Shown one piece after another: positions 30,082 through 39,290 of a stretch of DNA of 64,000 nucleotides. Position numbers and translations under genes: made by a program. The stretch is from NCBI GenBank assembly GCA_965263035.1, contig OZ253580.1:4974168-5038167 (forward strand). Reading direction: 5' to 3'. This DNA comes from Acidobacteriota bacterium (GTDB lineage Bacteria; Acidobacteriota; UBA6911; RPQK01; JAJDTT01). Under the pieces are notes generated by a model, which worked only from the letters and a program-made list of their open reading frames with translations, was not told the DNA's origin and did not search any database. Position 1 is the stretch's first letter. Every line of letters begins with the position of its first letter.

Positions 30082-30244
30082 AGGAGTTTGCGCGGTAGAA
30101 ATGATCGTAGCGAGAAAGTGGGGAATCGAGGCCAGATTTTCTCGATTTGGAGGTGCATAGTTGTTCTATTCGCCGAGAAATCGAGGAAATATGGACCGAT
30201 TCTACCGCTTTCGCAGTAGATCAATTTCTGCGGCGCAGGCTCCT
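30082..30244 (+). repeat. family-2 MITE-like element, copy 3
   Basis: 163 nt with three substitutions relative to copies 1 and 2 by my manual comparison. It lies between convergent genes. Confidence 0.8.
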
Positions 30245-30278
30245 GGTCCGAAAGAGGCCCCTCCGAGAGAACGCCAAA

Positions 30279-31637
30279 TCAATTTTCGGCGGTGCTCGAC
30301 CGGTGATTTTCGAAGAGGCGTTCCAGGATGGTCTGTAGGCGTCCGTGGACGGGAGTCTTCGCTTCCTCGGGGACGGGTCGTGTCTCGTCCGGGTCGGCCG
30401 TCAGGTCAAAGAAGCGGCCGTCCCGGTACAGCTTCCAATCCCGGGTCCGAACCCAACTCTTGCCCCGATGCTCCGCAAAAATCCAATCTCGTCCCGGGCC
30501 CGGTTCCCCTCTCAGTAGTGCCGCGAAACTGGTCCCGTCCAGGGTCTCCCCCGGGGGGGCCTGGGCGCCGCCCAGCTCCGCCAGCGTGGGCAGCAGGTCG
30601 CTGAAGTCCATCAAGGCTGGTGTCGATTTACCCTGGGGCAGCGTTCCCTTCCAGTTTGCGATTGTGGGGACCCGGGTGCCGGCGTCGGTGAGGTCTCCCT
30701 TGCCTCCAGGAATCGTGCGCTCTCCCATCCGGCTCGATACCGGTTCCCGGACGAGCTTTCCGCCCTGAGCTGTGATGATGGACTGTTTGGGTGTCCCATT
30801 GTCGGTCGTGAAGAAGATCAACGTCTTTTCCCGCAATCCGAGGCGGTCCAGAGCTCCCACCAGACGCCCGACCCGCTGGTCCATGGCCTCCACCATCTCC
30901 CCAAAATTGTCGTAGCGCCCTCGGGGACCGAAGGGGACCGGTGCTTCCAGATCATCGGTGACGTCGTGGCAGAGCGCCATGGAATAGAAGGCGAAGAAGG
31001 GGCCCGCCCGGTGCCGTTCCATGAATTCCGTGAGGAACCGGACGTAGGCGTCGGGACCGTACTGGTCGCGGACGTCGGATCGAATCCGGCCGTTTTCCCA
31101 GATGAGAGGTTGGTAATAACGGGGACCTTCGTGCCAGCCAAAGAGGCAATATTGGTCGAAACCCAGGCGAAACGGATGCTCGGGATCTTCCCGGAGGAGC
31201 GCGAGCTGCCACTTGCCGGCAATGGCAGTGGCGTATCCGGCCCGTTTCAGGACCTGAGGCAGAGTCCTCTCCTCCCACCTTTCCGGAAAGGTTCCCCAGA
31301 CCGGATGTCCCAGCCGGAACGGGTAGCGCCCGGTCATGAGACAGATCCGGGAGGGGTGGCAGACGGGCATGCTGTAGGCGTGCTCGAAGCGCAGCCCGGT
31401 TCGGGCCAACTGGTCCAGGTGGGGAGTGGGGTAGGAGGTGCCGCCGTAGCTGCCCAGCACCTCGCGTCCCACGTCGTCGGCCAGGATCAGAAGGATGTTG
31501 GGTTGCTCTGGTTTCGCAGGGACTTCCCGGCGCTGCTCGCAGGAGAAGGCGGCCGCCAGCAGGAGGGCGAATAGCAGGGTCGGACCATGAATTTTCAATG
31601 AATTGTGAGAATAGTCGAATAATTCGATGCGGTCCAT
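30279..31637 (-). CDS. sulfatase (arylsulfatase A family)
   Basis: NILLILADD...MPVCHPSRICLMTGRYP contains the C-x-P-S-R formylglycine motif. I place the start at M50 of the track ORF. Confidence 0.85.
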   Translation of the reverse strand: MDRIELFDYSHNSLKIHGPTLLFALLLAAAFSCEQRREVPAKPEQPNILLILADDVGREVLGSYGGTSYPTPHLDQLARTGLRFEHAYSMPVCHPSRICLMTGRYPFRLGHPVWGTFPERWEERTLPQVLKRAGYATAIAGKWQLALLREDPEHPFRLGFDQYCLFGWHEGPRYYQPLIWENGRIRSDVRDQYGPDAYVRFLTEFMERHRAGPFFAFYSMALCHDVTDDLEAPVPFGPRGRYDNFGEMVEAMDQRVGRLVGALDRLGLREKTLIFFTTDNGTPKQSIITAQGGKLVREPVSSRMGERTIPGGKGDLTDAGTRVPTIANWKGTLPQGKSTPALMDFSDLLPTLAELGGAQAPPGETLDGTSFAALLRGEPGPGRDWIFAEHRGKSWVRTRDWKLYRDGRFFDLTADPDETRPVPEEAKTPVHGRLQTILERLFENHRSSTAEN

Positions 31638-31726
31638 GGTCCTGGGAGAGATTCGATCTGGCCTTGTTTCAGTCCCCCATAGTAAGCTGAACTCCACAGC
31701 GCTCCCAAACACGGTCCAACCCCCAA

Positions 31727-33166
31727 ATGGTTTTCTCCAGCAGGAACCGGCCCCGAACCAAGATCGTCTGTACTCTCGGCCCATCGGTGCAGTCCCGGTC
31801 CAGCATTCGGCAGCTGGTCGAGGCGGGAATGAACGTGGCCCGCCTCAACATGGCCCACGGGACACTGGAGGACCACACGACGGCGTTCGGCCACGTTCGC
31901 TCCATCGCCGAGGAACTCAAACAACCCGTGGGGATCATGGTGGACGTGCCCGGATCCAAGTACCGGACGGGTGAAATTCCGTCGGGATCACTCTCCTTCA
32001 AAGAAGGTCAAGAAATCACGCTCACCAGCCGGCAGAGCGGGACGGGCGGGGAAGACCTCGTGGTACCGGTGAAACCTGCGGGAATCCACCGGGACGCCCG
32101 GGCTGGAAAACGGATTCTTCTGAACGACGGAATGATTACCCTGGAGATCCGGGAGGTTCAGGGCGAGGATGTTCTTTGCGAGGCTCTGACCGCGGGTCGA
32201 ATCACTTCCGGTCGGGGAGTCACGACTCCGGGCGTCGAACCCTCCCAGCCTTTTCCCGACGCAAAAGCAACGGCCGCAATGGGATTTGCCGCTCGGCACC
32301 AGGCGGACTTCGTCGCACTCTCCACGGTGACCACATCCGATGGCGTGGCGAAAGCCCGCGAGATCCTGTGGGCAATGGGGTTCTCCGGGGGGATCTATTC
32401 CAAGATCGAACGCGCCCGTGCCGTCACCAATCAGGCGTCCATCATCGACGTGAGCGACGGTATCATCGTCGCCCGGGGAGACCTGGGAACGGAGATCCGG
32501 CTGGCCCGGGTTCCCATCGTTCAGAAGGAGCTAATCGGCCTCTGCAACGAGCTGGGAAGACCGGTGATCACGGCCACGCAGATGCTCGAGTCCATGATTT
32601 CCCTGCCGGTTCCGACTCGGGCCGAGGTGGCGGACGTGGCCAACGCCGTGTTCGACGGCACCGACGCCGTCATGCTCTCAGGCGAGACTTCCATTGGACG
32701 GTATCCCTTGGAAGCGGTCCGGGTCATGGCGGAGGTATCGATGGAGGCCGAAAAAGCCCTTCCCTACGATGCCATGCTGGTGGACAAGCGAAAACATCTG
32801 GAGCCCCTGACCGACGACGCCATCGCCTATAATGCCTGTCAGACTGCCCATCATCTGGGCGCCTCCCTGATCGTGGCGTTCACCGAATCGGGGGGCACCG
32901 CGAAACGGGTCTCCAAGTACCGGCCACGGACGCCTGTCATGGCTCTGGTCCACAACGAGCGGACGCGCCGTTCCCTGACCGTTACCTGGGGAGTCCAACC
33001 GGTGACCACCGGGAGCCTGGAGCGCACCGACGACTTCTTCGACCGGGCTCGGGAGGAAGCCGTGCGTCGCGCCGGTCTGAAAAAGGGCAGGCTGGTGGTG
33101 CTGGTGGCCGGCGTTCCCATCGGCCTTCCCGGAGGCACCGACCTGCTCCGGGTCCTGACTATCTGA
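31727..33166 (+). CDS. pyk: pyruvate kinase
   Basis: RTKIVCTLGPS...AGMNVARLNMAHG...IIVARGDLGTEI...ATQMLESM; 479 aa. Confidence 0.9.
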   Translation: MVFSSRNRPRTKIVCTLGPSVQSRSSIRQLVEAGMNVARLNMAHGTLEDHTTAFGHVRSIAEELKQPVGIMVDVPGSKYRTGEIPSGSLSFKEGQEITLTSRQSGTGGEDLVVPVKPAGIHRDARAGKRILLNDGMITLEIREVQGEDVLCEALTAGRITSGRGVTTPGVEPSQPFPDAKATAAMGFAARHQADFVALSTVTTSDGVAKAREILWAMGFSGGIYSKIERARAVTNQASIIDVSDGIIVARGDLGTEIRLARVPIVQKELIGLCNELGRPVITATQMLESMISLPVPTRAEVADVANAVFDGTDAVMLSGETSIGRYPLEAVRVMAEVSMEAEKALPYDAMLVDKRKHLEPLTDDAIAYNACQTAHHLGASLIVAFTESGGTAKRVSKYRPRTPVMALVHNERTRRSLTVTWGVQPVTTGSLERTDDFFDRAREEAVRRAGLKKGRLVVLVAGVPIGLPGGTDLLRVLTI

Positions 33167-33225
33167 ACATTTTCTGAGAGGATGTGCGGGTCCTGCTTCC
33201 CGGGGACCGATGGGAAGAGAAGCAC

Positions 33226-35181
33226 ATGATTCTGGCTCAATCCGTCTGGCTGGGACTGCATTGGGTGGACTGGATCGTCCTGATGGTCTACCTGCTAGCC
33301 GTCTCCTTCATCGGATTCTGGTCCTACCGGAAGGTGCGGGATCTCACCGACTTCTTCATGGGGGGACGCCGCTTCGGCAAGGTCTTCATGATGTTCTTCG
33401 CCTTCGGGGTCGGAACCAGCAGCGAGCAGGCTCTCAGCGTCGCCGCCGGGTCCTTCCGCTATGGTCTGGCCGGAATCTGGTACCAGTTTCTATGGCTCTG
33501 GGCCACACCCTTCTACTGGATCATCGCTCCCGTCTTTCGCCGCATGCGGGCCTTGACCACCAGCGACTTCTTCCAGGCCCGTTACGATTCTTCCACCGCC
33601 ACGCTCTATTCGTGCCTGGGGATCGCCATGTCCGTGGTCTTCATGGCGGGAGCCCTGTACGGCAGCGGGGAGATGATCGAAGGCCTTGCGGGAGGCACCG
33701 ACCCGGCGACGGGAGAGCCTTATTTCCCAATGGAATATGCCGTCGCCGGGATGACGGTTCTCTTCGTCCTCTATGGGATGGCCGGAGGTCTGGGCGCCGC
33801 CATCATCACCGACTTCATCCAGGGTGTCCTGACCATCGTCTTCTCGTTCCTGCTCCTCCCCTTCGCCTTTCACGCCGCGGCCCGGGTGGCCGGAACCTCC
33901 AGCGGATTCTCGGCGCTACAACAGGGGGTTCCAGGCCGGAGCGGCTCCGAGCTGTTGAGCCTCACGATCACGGAGGAGGTCAGCAGCCTGATGGGGCAGG
34001 AGCCCATCACCCTCTTCTATGTGGTGATGCTCTCTCTCACCGGGCTCATCGGAATCGTGGTCCAGCCTCACATCATGGGAGTCTGCGGGGCCGGCCGGAC
34101 CGAGTTCGAGGGGCGGTTCGGCTTCACCGTAGGCAACTTCATCAAGCGGTTCTGCACCATCGCCTGGACCTTCACCGGGCTGGCCTGCATCATCATCTAT
34201 CTGACGCCCGAGAACGGGTACCTGTCGGCGGCCGAGATCCAGCGGGTCCAGTCGGATCCCGGTGCGCTGGCCGCCTTCGCCAACCAGGTTTTCGGGCGGG
34301 CCGCGCACGACATTCTTCCCACCATATCGGTCGGCCTCGTGGGACTGCTTATGGCTTCACTGCTGGCGGCGGTGATGAGCACCTGCGATGCCCAGATGGT
34401 GGTGGGGTCCGGACTCTTCACCGAGAACATATACAAACGCTTCATCCATCCCCGGGGCAGTGGGCATCACTATCTGTGGGTCGGACGCCTGAGCGGCCTG
34501 GGGATCGTTTGCCTGGCGCTGCTGATGCTGACCCAGTTCGACAACGTGATTCAGGTCCTGACTCGTTACATCCAGCCCATCCCCACCTTCATGGGCCTGG
34601 CCTTCTGGTTCGGTATCACCTGGCGAGGCTACACGGCCATGGCGGTCTGGGCCTCCACCATTACCACAGCTCTGGCCTGGTACCTGACCCAGATTCACAA
34701 TCCGTTCGAGATCATCGCCGCCCTGGGCAGCTCCCAGTTCTTCCAACTCAACATCGACTACCTTCCCGGCCTGGTTCGAGGCTGGCTCTACGAGCAGGTC
34801 CCCGGAATCATGCAGGTGGCGCAGGGGGCGGGAGGCGAAGTAGCCTACCGGACCCGCCTTCCCTACCAGATTCTCGTCTATCTCTCATTCGGCGCGGCGG
34901 CCGGTCTGGGCACCAGCTTTCTGACCCGGCCCGTCGCCCGGGCCAAGTTGGACCGTTTCTTCCGTCTCATCCACACTCCGGTCCGGGAGGGCGAAAAGAT
35001 CGACGAGCCTTGTACCCTCCCGGAGAACCCCTTGCCGCCTGAGACCGAAAAGTTGATTTCCGCGGGCGGACTGGAGATTCCTCGTCCGGGCGTGGTGGGG
35101 CTGGTCGGATTCGGACTGGCCTGGGTCGCGGTGGGAGGCTTGATCTGGCTCACCGTAACGCTGGCCGGGATCGGCGGGTAG
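33226..35181 (+). CDS. sodium:solute symporter (SSF) family transporter
   Basis: Multi-pass membrane protein with N-terminus VDWIVLMVYLLAVSFIGFWSYRKVRDLTDFFMGGRRFGK. The start is ATG 33226. Confidence 0.85.
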   Translation: MILAQSVWLGLHWVDWIVLMVYLLAVSFIGFWSYRKVRDLTDFFMGGRRFGKVFMMFFAFGVGTSSEQALSVAAGSFRYGLAGIWYQFLWLWATPFYWIIAPVFRRMRALTTSDFFQARYDSSTATLYSCLGIAMSVVFMAGALYGSGEMIEGLAGGTDPATGEPYFPMEYAVAGMTVLFVLYGMAGGLGAAIITDFIQGVLTIVFSFLLLPFAFHAAARVAGTSSGFSALQQGVPGRSGSELLSLTITEEVSSLMGQEPITLFYVVMLSLTGLIGIVVQPHIMGVCGAGRTEFEGRFGFTVGNFIKRFCTIAWTFTGLACIIIYLTPENGYLSAAEIQRVQSDPGALAAFANQVFGRAAHDILPTISVGLVGLLMASLLAAVMSTCDAQMVVGSGLFTENIYKRFIHPRGSGHHYLWVGRLSGLGIVCLALLMLTQFDNVIQVLTRYIQPIPTFMGLAFWFGITWRGYTAMAVWASTITTALAWYLTQIHNPFEIIAALGSSQFFQLNIDYLPGLVRGWLYEQVPGIMQVAQGAGGEVAYRTRLPYQILVYLSFGAAAGLGTSFLTRPVARAKLDRFFRLIHTPVREGEKIDEPCTLPENPLPPETEKLISAGGLEIPRPGVVGLVGFGLAWVAVGGLIWLTVTLAGIGG

Positions 35182-35313
35182 GCTGCCTGGAGGGGCGATT
35201 TCCAATCCCAACTGTCCCTCAGTCAATAACTACTAAACATTAACGTTTTCAGTCATTTACCGGGTTCTTCGCCGAATCGGTAAAGTGGTTGACTCCCCAT
35301 GTTTGGCGTGCTG

Positions 35314-35332
35314 AACAGGCAACAAACAGGCA
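35314..35332 (+). repeat. 19-bp direct repeat, candidate attL core
   Basis: Exact match to 41332-41350. Confidence 0.55.
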
Positions 35333-35740
35333 GCAGAATTCGCGCCTGAAGGCCAATGCACTCTTCTCATCTTCTTTTGTTCCCCTTTCGAAAATCTACC
35401 AGAGATTCGACTCATCGATCCGATGGCCAGACCCATAACCTGAATCATGGGATTTTCGGAGGCATCTTCCGAGTCAAGAGTATCTTCCCTATCCGCTGCC
35501 GTGTGGTCCCCTGGATATGGCCTGGAGATTGAACCGATGGATTACGGTGTACCACCCCGAAGAAGCACTTTATCCGCCGCCCGGGGTTTACATGGGCAAC
35601 AGCAAGCGTGCTCGGGAGAGATTCCGGGCCGCGTTGTTGGACCAGTCGCGCCTCTGCCGTAGACTCGCCAGCATCGCTCATGGTCCGCAACTCCGTAAGA
35701 GGGTATGCTATACGGAAGAGAACCCATGCAAAACTAATTC

Positions 35741-35953
35741 ATGGCGGTCACCGTTCCAATCGGCATTGCCATCATCATGGCTACCATCGCCCTCGCCGGC
35801 CTCATCCAGGTCCAATCCCGCGCCTTCCGTTCTGAGCTTCGGGAGTCGGCCCAGCACCGCGCCGAGCTCCGGGATCGAATGGGACGGATCGAAGGGACGC
35901 TCGACGTCCTTCGAGATTCCTTCGTCCGGTCCGGTCGCGACACTGCGGGGTGA
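35741..35953 (+). CDS. small membrane protein (one N-terminal TM helix plus coiled-coil tail)
   Basis: 70 aa, MAVTVPIGIAIIMATIALAGLIQ followed by ...RAELRDRMGRIEGTLDVLRDSF. Third codon positions are strongly GC-biased in this frame. Confidence 0.55.
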   Translation: MAVTVPIGIAIIMATIALAGLIQVQSRAFRSELRESAQHRAELRDRMGRIEGTLDVLRDSFVRSGRDTAG

Positions 35954-35969
35954 TCCACAACGCTGAACC

Positions 35970-36371
35970 ATGGAAGAAGCGAACGGCCCCCAGCCGGTGG
36001 CGACAAGCGAGACACAAATGAGCTGGTTGCGGAGAATATGGAGCACGATAACGGTCCTGATTCGACTAAGTGACCTTGACGCACGAGTCGGAAAGCTCGA
36101 TAGGCAACTCAGAGAAGCGTCCCGGGGGACTCAGGAGACTCTCAACATTGGCTCAATTGGTACGCTGGACATCGACATCGAAAACATCACCCGTGAAACG
36201 ATCACTCAGCAGGCCAAATTGGAGGTAACGAGGCGTCACATCTATACATCAAACGTCGCCCATACGGGACACGCTGTCGGGTTGTCATTGGCGTTGTGCT
36301 ACAGCTTTGAAGATGAACCGGAACGACTTGAGCGAGTTGCGGACCGGCTTGAAGAGTGGGCCAATAGCTAG
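35970..36371 (+). CDS. hypothetical protein (133 aa)
   Basis: Open frame directly after the 70-aa gene. Its TAG stop lies inside the CTAG target duplication of the IS. Confidence 0.5.
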   Translation: MEEANGPQPVATSETQMSWLRRIWSTITVLIRLSDLDARVGKLDRQLREASRGTQETLNIGSIGTLDIDIENITRETITQQAKLEVTRRHIYTSNVAHTGHAVGLSLALCYSFEDEPERLERVADRLEEWANS

Positions 36372-38019
36372 TTCTCATCCAGAAAGTCGGGTTTGGGGGG
36401 ATTGGGTAGCCCGAGGAAGGCCGGAGAAACTGCAATAAACCGGCTCGATGGGGGCCGAAAGCAGGAAATTCAAGTCCGTTGAGAGCCGATCCCGGATTTT
36501 GAAGACACGAGTCCCTGACGGGGCATCGGCAATGGATTCAAGCTGCGCTTACAGCAGCAGGCGGGCCAGCACCAGCAGGTTGAAGCTGACGATCGAGAGG
36601 TACACATATTGCTGGAAGTGGGGCCAGCCCTTCCAGGTGCAGCGTCCGAGTCCGAACACTCGCTTGAGCCACGAGATGCACCCTTCGATGCCGGCCCGGA
36701 AGCGTCGCAGTTGCCGGTAGACCCAACTGGAGCGCACCATCTCAGGGACCTTCAGTCCGCGTTTCTTGGCAAAGGCGACATCCTGGACGCCTTGCTTTTT
36801 GGCCCACTCCAGATTGGAGCGGCTGGCAAAGCATCCGTCACAACTGACCTGTCGAGGCCAACGGCCGTACAGATCATACTGGCGCCGCATCCAGGGCTGG
36901 AACTGACCGGCATCGTTAGGGTTCCCCCGCACCACCTCAGCATCCAGCATCAGGCCGGAGACGCCGCCGGTCAGAAACAGCTTGTGCCCAAAGACCGTTT
37001 CCCGGCGCTTCTTTTTGATGATGTCGGTGTGCTCCTCAAACAAGGAGAGGACTTTCTCGGCGGCCGGAACCGTCTCTCCCCGCAGCACACGCCGCTCGGT
37101 CTGGTCGATGATCTTCTTCGTCAAATCCAAGTAATGGCGCAGTTGACCGGCGATGACCAGACTGGGCAGGTCGGTGAACCGATCCGCTTGCCGCAGCGCC
37201 CTCTCGGCGTCATGAGCGGTCTTGCGAGCGACCTTCAACAGATCCCGATAGGCTCGCAGACGACGCTTGCCCCGGTGGTTGGCGATGTTCGCAACAGCGT
37301 CGCTTGGCCCGGCGCCGGTGATCCGAAAAGACGATCTTGTGAGGTCGGGCCAAGCGGCGCAGCCAGCGGGTGAGGACTCGAACCGAGTCGGACAACATCT
37401 GGGAATCCCGCGGATAGGGGATGGGGCTTTCCACGGCCGTGGCATCGGCTCGGATCTTCCGTCCCCGTTCCAGTCCCTGGCCCTCCGCCCATTGCACCAG
37501 GAGCCGGTTGATCTGCTGCCAGGTTCCGGCTTGAATCCGGCTGATGTTGTCCTGGAGGCAGGAGGCACTGGGGGTCCATTGCCAAGGGAGTCGAGCGAAG
37601 CGACGAAAGCTCTGAGAGTCGCTCCAGAGGAACGCCAACTTGGTGTAGGGCAGCTGATGCCAGTTCTTGAGGATGGCCGCGCGCAGGACCTGCTCTGCGG
37701 AGAGACCCGGAGCCCCCTGGCCTGAACCGGCGGTGTCACACAGATCGTGTAGAACCAGACCCAGGATCGAGGGGTTGTCATCCAAGATCTTGGAAACAGC
37801 TTTCAATTCCTGGGCGAGTCGGTGACCGGGCCAGAGCCCGGAGAGCGGAAGCTGGTTTTCCCGTTTTCGACGCATTGTTCAAGCCCCCGGTTTTGTGTAA
37901 GTCATTTGGTTGCTTTTATTTAGCACCAATAGACTACCAAACGACTATGACAGAATCGGGGCTTGAAAATGCCTCCTTAGTCCTTATTTCCCAATAACTT
38001 ACGGCTTTCCGGATGAGAA
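36372..38019 (-). mobile_element. IS element, IS5/IS1182-type
   Basis: Terminal inverted repeats TTCTCATCCAGAAAGTCG / TTCTCATCCGGAAAGCCG (2 mismatches). CTAG is duplicated at 36368-36371 and 38020-38023. It contains one transposase gene. Confidence 0.8.
36549..37875 (-). pseudogene. DDE transposase (InsH/DUF772-type N-terminus), interrupted by one frameshift near 37290-37300
   Basis: The N-terminal frame (37210..37875) reads ..DHRRRAKRR. The C-terminal frame (36549..37781) continues AVANIANHRGKRRLRAYRDLLKVARK...RFRAGIEGCISWLKRVFGLGRCTWKG. One missing nucleotide would join the two frames. Confidence 0.8.
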
Positions 38020-38072
38020 CTAGCTACACTACGCTTTGGCGGGAGACGGAAACGACTCCCGCGTTTGAGAAA

Positions 38073-38189
38073 ATGGGATTGTCAGAGGAGTCCAAGCAGA
38101 GATTGCGTGACCAGAGGTTAGTGCATGAGATGGGAGTCCGGTCTGTGTCCGCGTGGATTCGAGGCTGGGTACGCGCTCAGCAGAAATAA
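38073..38189 (+). CDS. possible small ribbon-helix-helix-like ORF (38 aa), or the 3' part of a 74-aa ORF split by the IS
   Basis: MGLSEESKQRLRDQRLVHEMGVRSVSAWIRGWVRAQQK. The frame stays open back to the IS end. It is too short for the ORF track. Confidence 0.3.
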   Translation: MGLSEESKQRLRDQRLVHEMGVRSVSAWIRGWVRAQQK

Positions 38190-38236
38190 CGCACCGAGAT
38201 CCGCGAGGATCCGCCTCGCGAAGATAGTGAGATCCT

Positions 38237-38602
38237 TCAGAGGAACGAGGTCAGGTCTTGCCCCAACTTTCGGGCCAGTGCTTCGGCATCGTCAAAAGGC
38301 CAGAGAAGTTTCTGGTCTCCATCCCGGTCGCGTTTCTCATGCAGAACCCAGCCGCGACTTTCCAAGTCCAGGCCGGGAGGTACCATGACATGAACACCCT
38401 GCGTCTTGCGGACAAACATCTTGACCAGTTTTGCTGATTCCGATTTCGTGATGAGAGGGTAAAAAGGAGCAGGAACGTCCATGCTCACTCTCGCCTTGAT
38501 GGGAGTGATCCAGACTCCCCTGCACCTTGGTGGCAGTTCTGCCCGGACAATCTTCATCAGTTCCTCCAGTTGACTGAGCACGTTGTTCCAGTCCAGTTTC
38601 AT
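38237..38602 (-). CDS. hypothetical protein (121 aa)
   Basis: A strong Shine-Dalgarno (AAGGAGG) precedes the ATG. I recognise no motif. Confidence 0.55.
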   Translation of the reverse strand: MKLDWNNVLSQLEELMKIVRAELPPRCRGVWITPIKARVSMDVPAPFYPLITKSESAKLVKMFVRKTQGVHVMVPPGLDLESRGWVLHEKRDRDGDQKLLWPFDDAEALARKLGQDLTSFL

Positions 38603-38682
38603 GGGGCCTCCTTACGGCTTATGATGGAGTGAATCCGCCCGGCTCGTGATGCCTCCAGAGCCGGTGGGTCCGAGTCGCCACA

Positions 38683-39261
38683 ATGACGCTCAGCCGGGAG
38701 CCGAACTCAGGAGGGCATCATCATCTCGGTGGTCCTCCCGGCAGCATATCGCCGGCAAGGTTCCAGCTTCAAGGACCGTGGCCTCAGAACATAGAGGTGA
38801 TGTACACCGCTCCGGACGCCTCGGGACTGGTCGAGCAGCTTGCCACGTTCGATTCAGGCACTGTGGATTACGATTACAACAACGTCATGATCCAAGGTCT
38901 GGTCGAATTGACCGGGAATGCTCATATCAAGATCATTCACAATGACCCATACCATCCGAAGGTCCACTACGGAACTCCGGCTATGCTGCAAGGCATCAGG
39001 GAGCTGGCCAAGGCTTTCTTCAACACGTACAACAAGAAGGTCGAGGTCAACGACATGAGCCTCCCAAGAGGTGGGCTGTTCGACTACAACGGCAACTGGG
39101 TGCCACCGCATCAAACGCACCGCACCGGCATAAATGCGGACATCCAAACTCGCAACGTGAGCGAGACGGAGAGGGCGTATCTCAAGGCGAAAGGAGAGGA
39201 GCTTGGATTCAGGATGCTCCACGAAGATGATCCGCCTCATTTTCACGTCACCCTTTTGTGA
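38683..39261 (+). CDS. MepA-like (peptidase M74 / LAS-superfamily) murein endopeptidase without a signal peptide
   Basis: VNDMSLPRGGLFDYNGNWVPPHQTHRTGINADI and PPHFHVTL parallel, as I recall the E. coli MepA sequence, GDMGMPAGGRF..HASHQTGLDVDI and HMHVRL (an H-x6-D plus H-x-H zinc site). An upstream in-frame stop leaves no room for a signal peptide. Confidence 0.6.
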   Translation: MTLSREPNSGGHHHLGGPPGSISPARFQLQGPWPQNIEVMYTAPDASGLVEQLATFDSGTVDYDYNNVMIQGLVELTGNAHIKIIHNDPYHPKVHYGTPAMLQGIRELAKAFFNTYNKKVEVNDMSLPRGGLFDYNGNWVPPHQTHRTGINADIQTRNVSETERAYLKAKGEELGFRMLHEDDPPHFHVTLL

Positions 39262-39290
39262 CTGAGAGCTGAACCGTAGGATGTGAGACT

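Noticed and set aside
33210-35042. A 610-aa alternative-frame ORF across the symporter gene, and similar cases at 50165..51370, 50170..51372 and 24123..25415.
   Set aside because: These are Arg/Gly/Pro-rich translations in frames overlapping genes with unambiguous family signatures.
35197-35207. An 11-nt repeat GATTTCCAATC at 35197 and 41446 as an alternative islet boundary.
   Set aside because: It is short enough to be chance, and both copies lie outside the much stronger 19-nt repeat. I kept the 19-mer as the boundary candidate.
35182-35313. A tRNA or tmRNA gene as the integration target of the islet.
   Set aside because: I found no T-loop/acceptor-like sequence (GGTTCGAnTCC type) on either flank. 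The islet lies in an intergenic region between convergent transporter genes. This still needs a tRNAscan-SE or ARAGORN run to be certain.
35517-35966. A 149-aa ORF that overlaps the 70-aa membrane-protein gene.
   Set aside because: Its translation is Ser/Pro-rich over the overlap. The 70-aa frame has the stronger third-position GC bias and a sensible TM plus coiled-coil architecture.
37285-37305. Programmed ribosomal frameshifting in the IS transposase.
   Set aside because: A +1 shift would be required, and the junction lacks a slippery A/T run or an obvious downstream structure. A 1-nt deletion explains it more simply.
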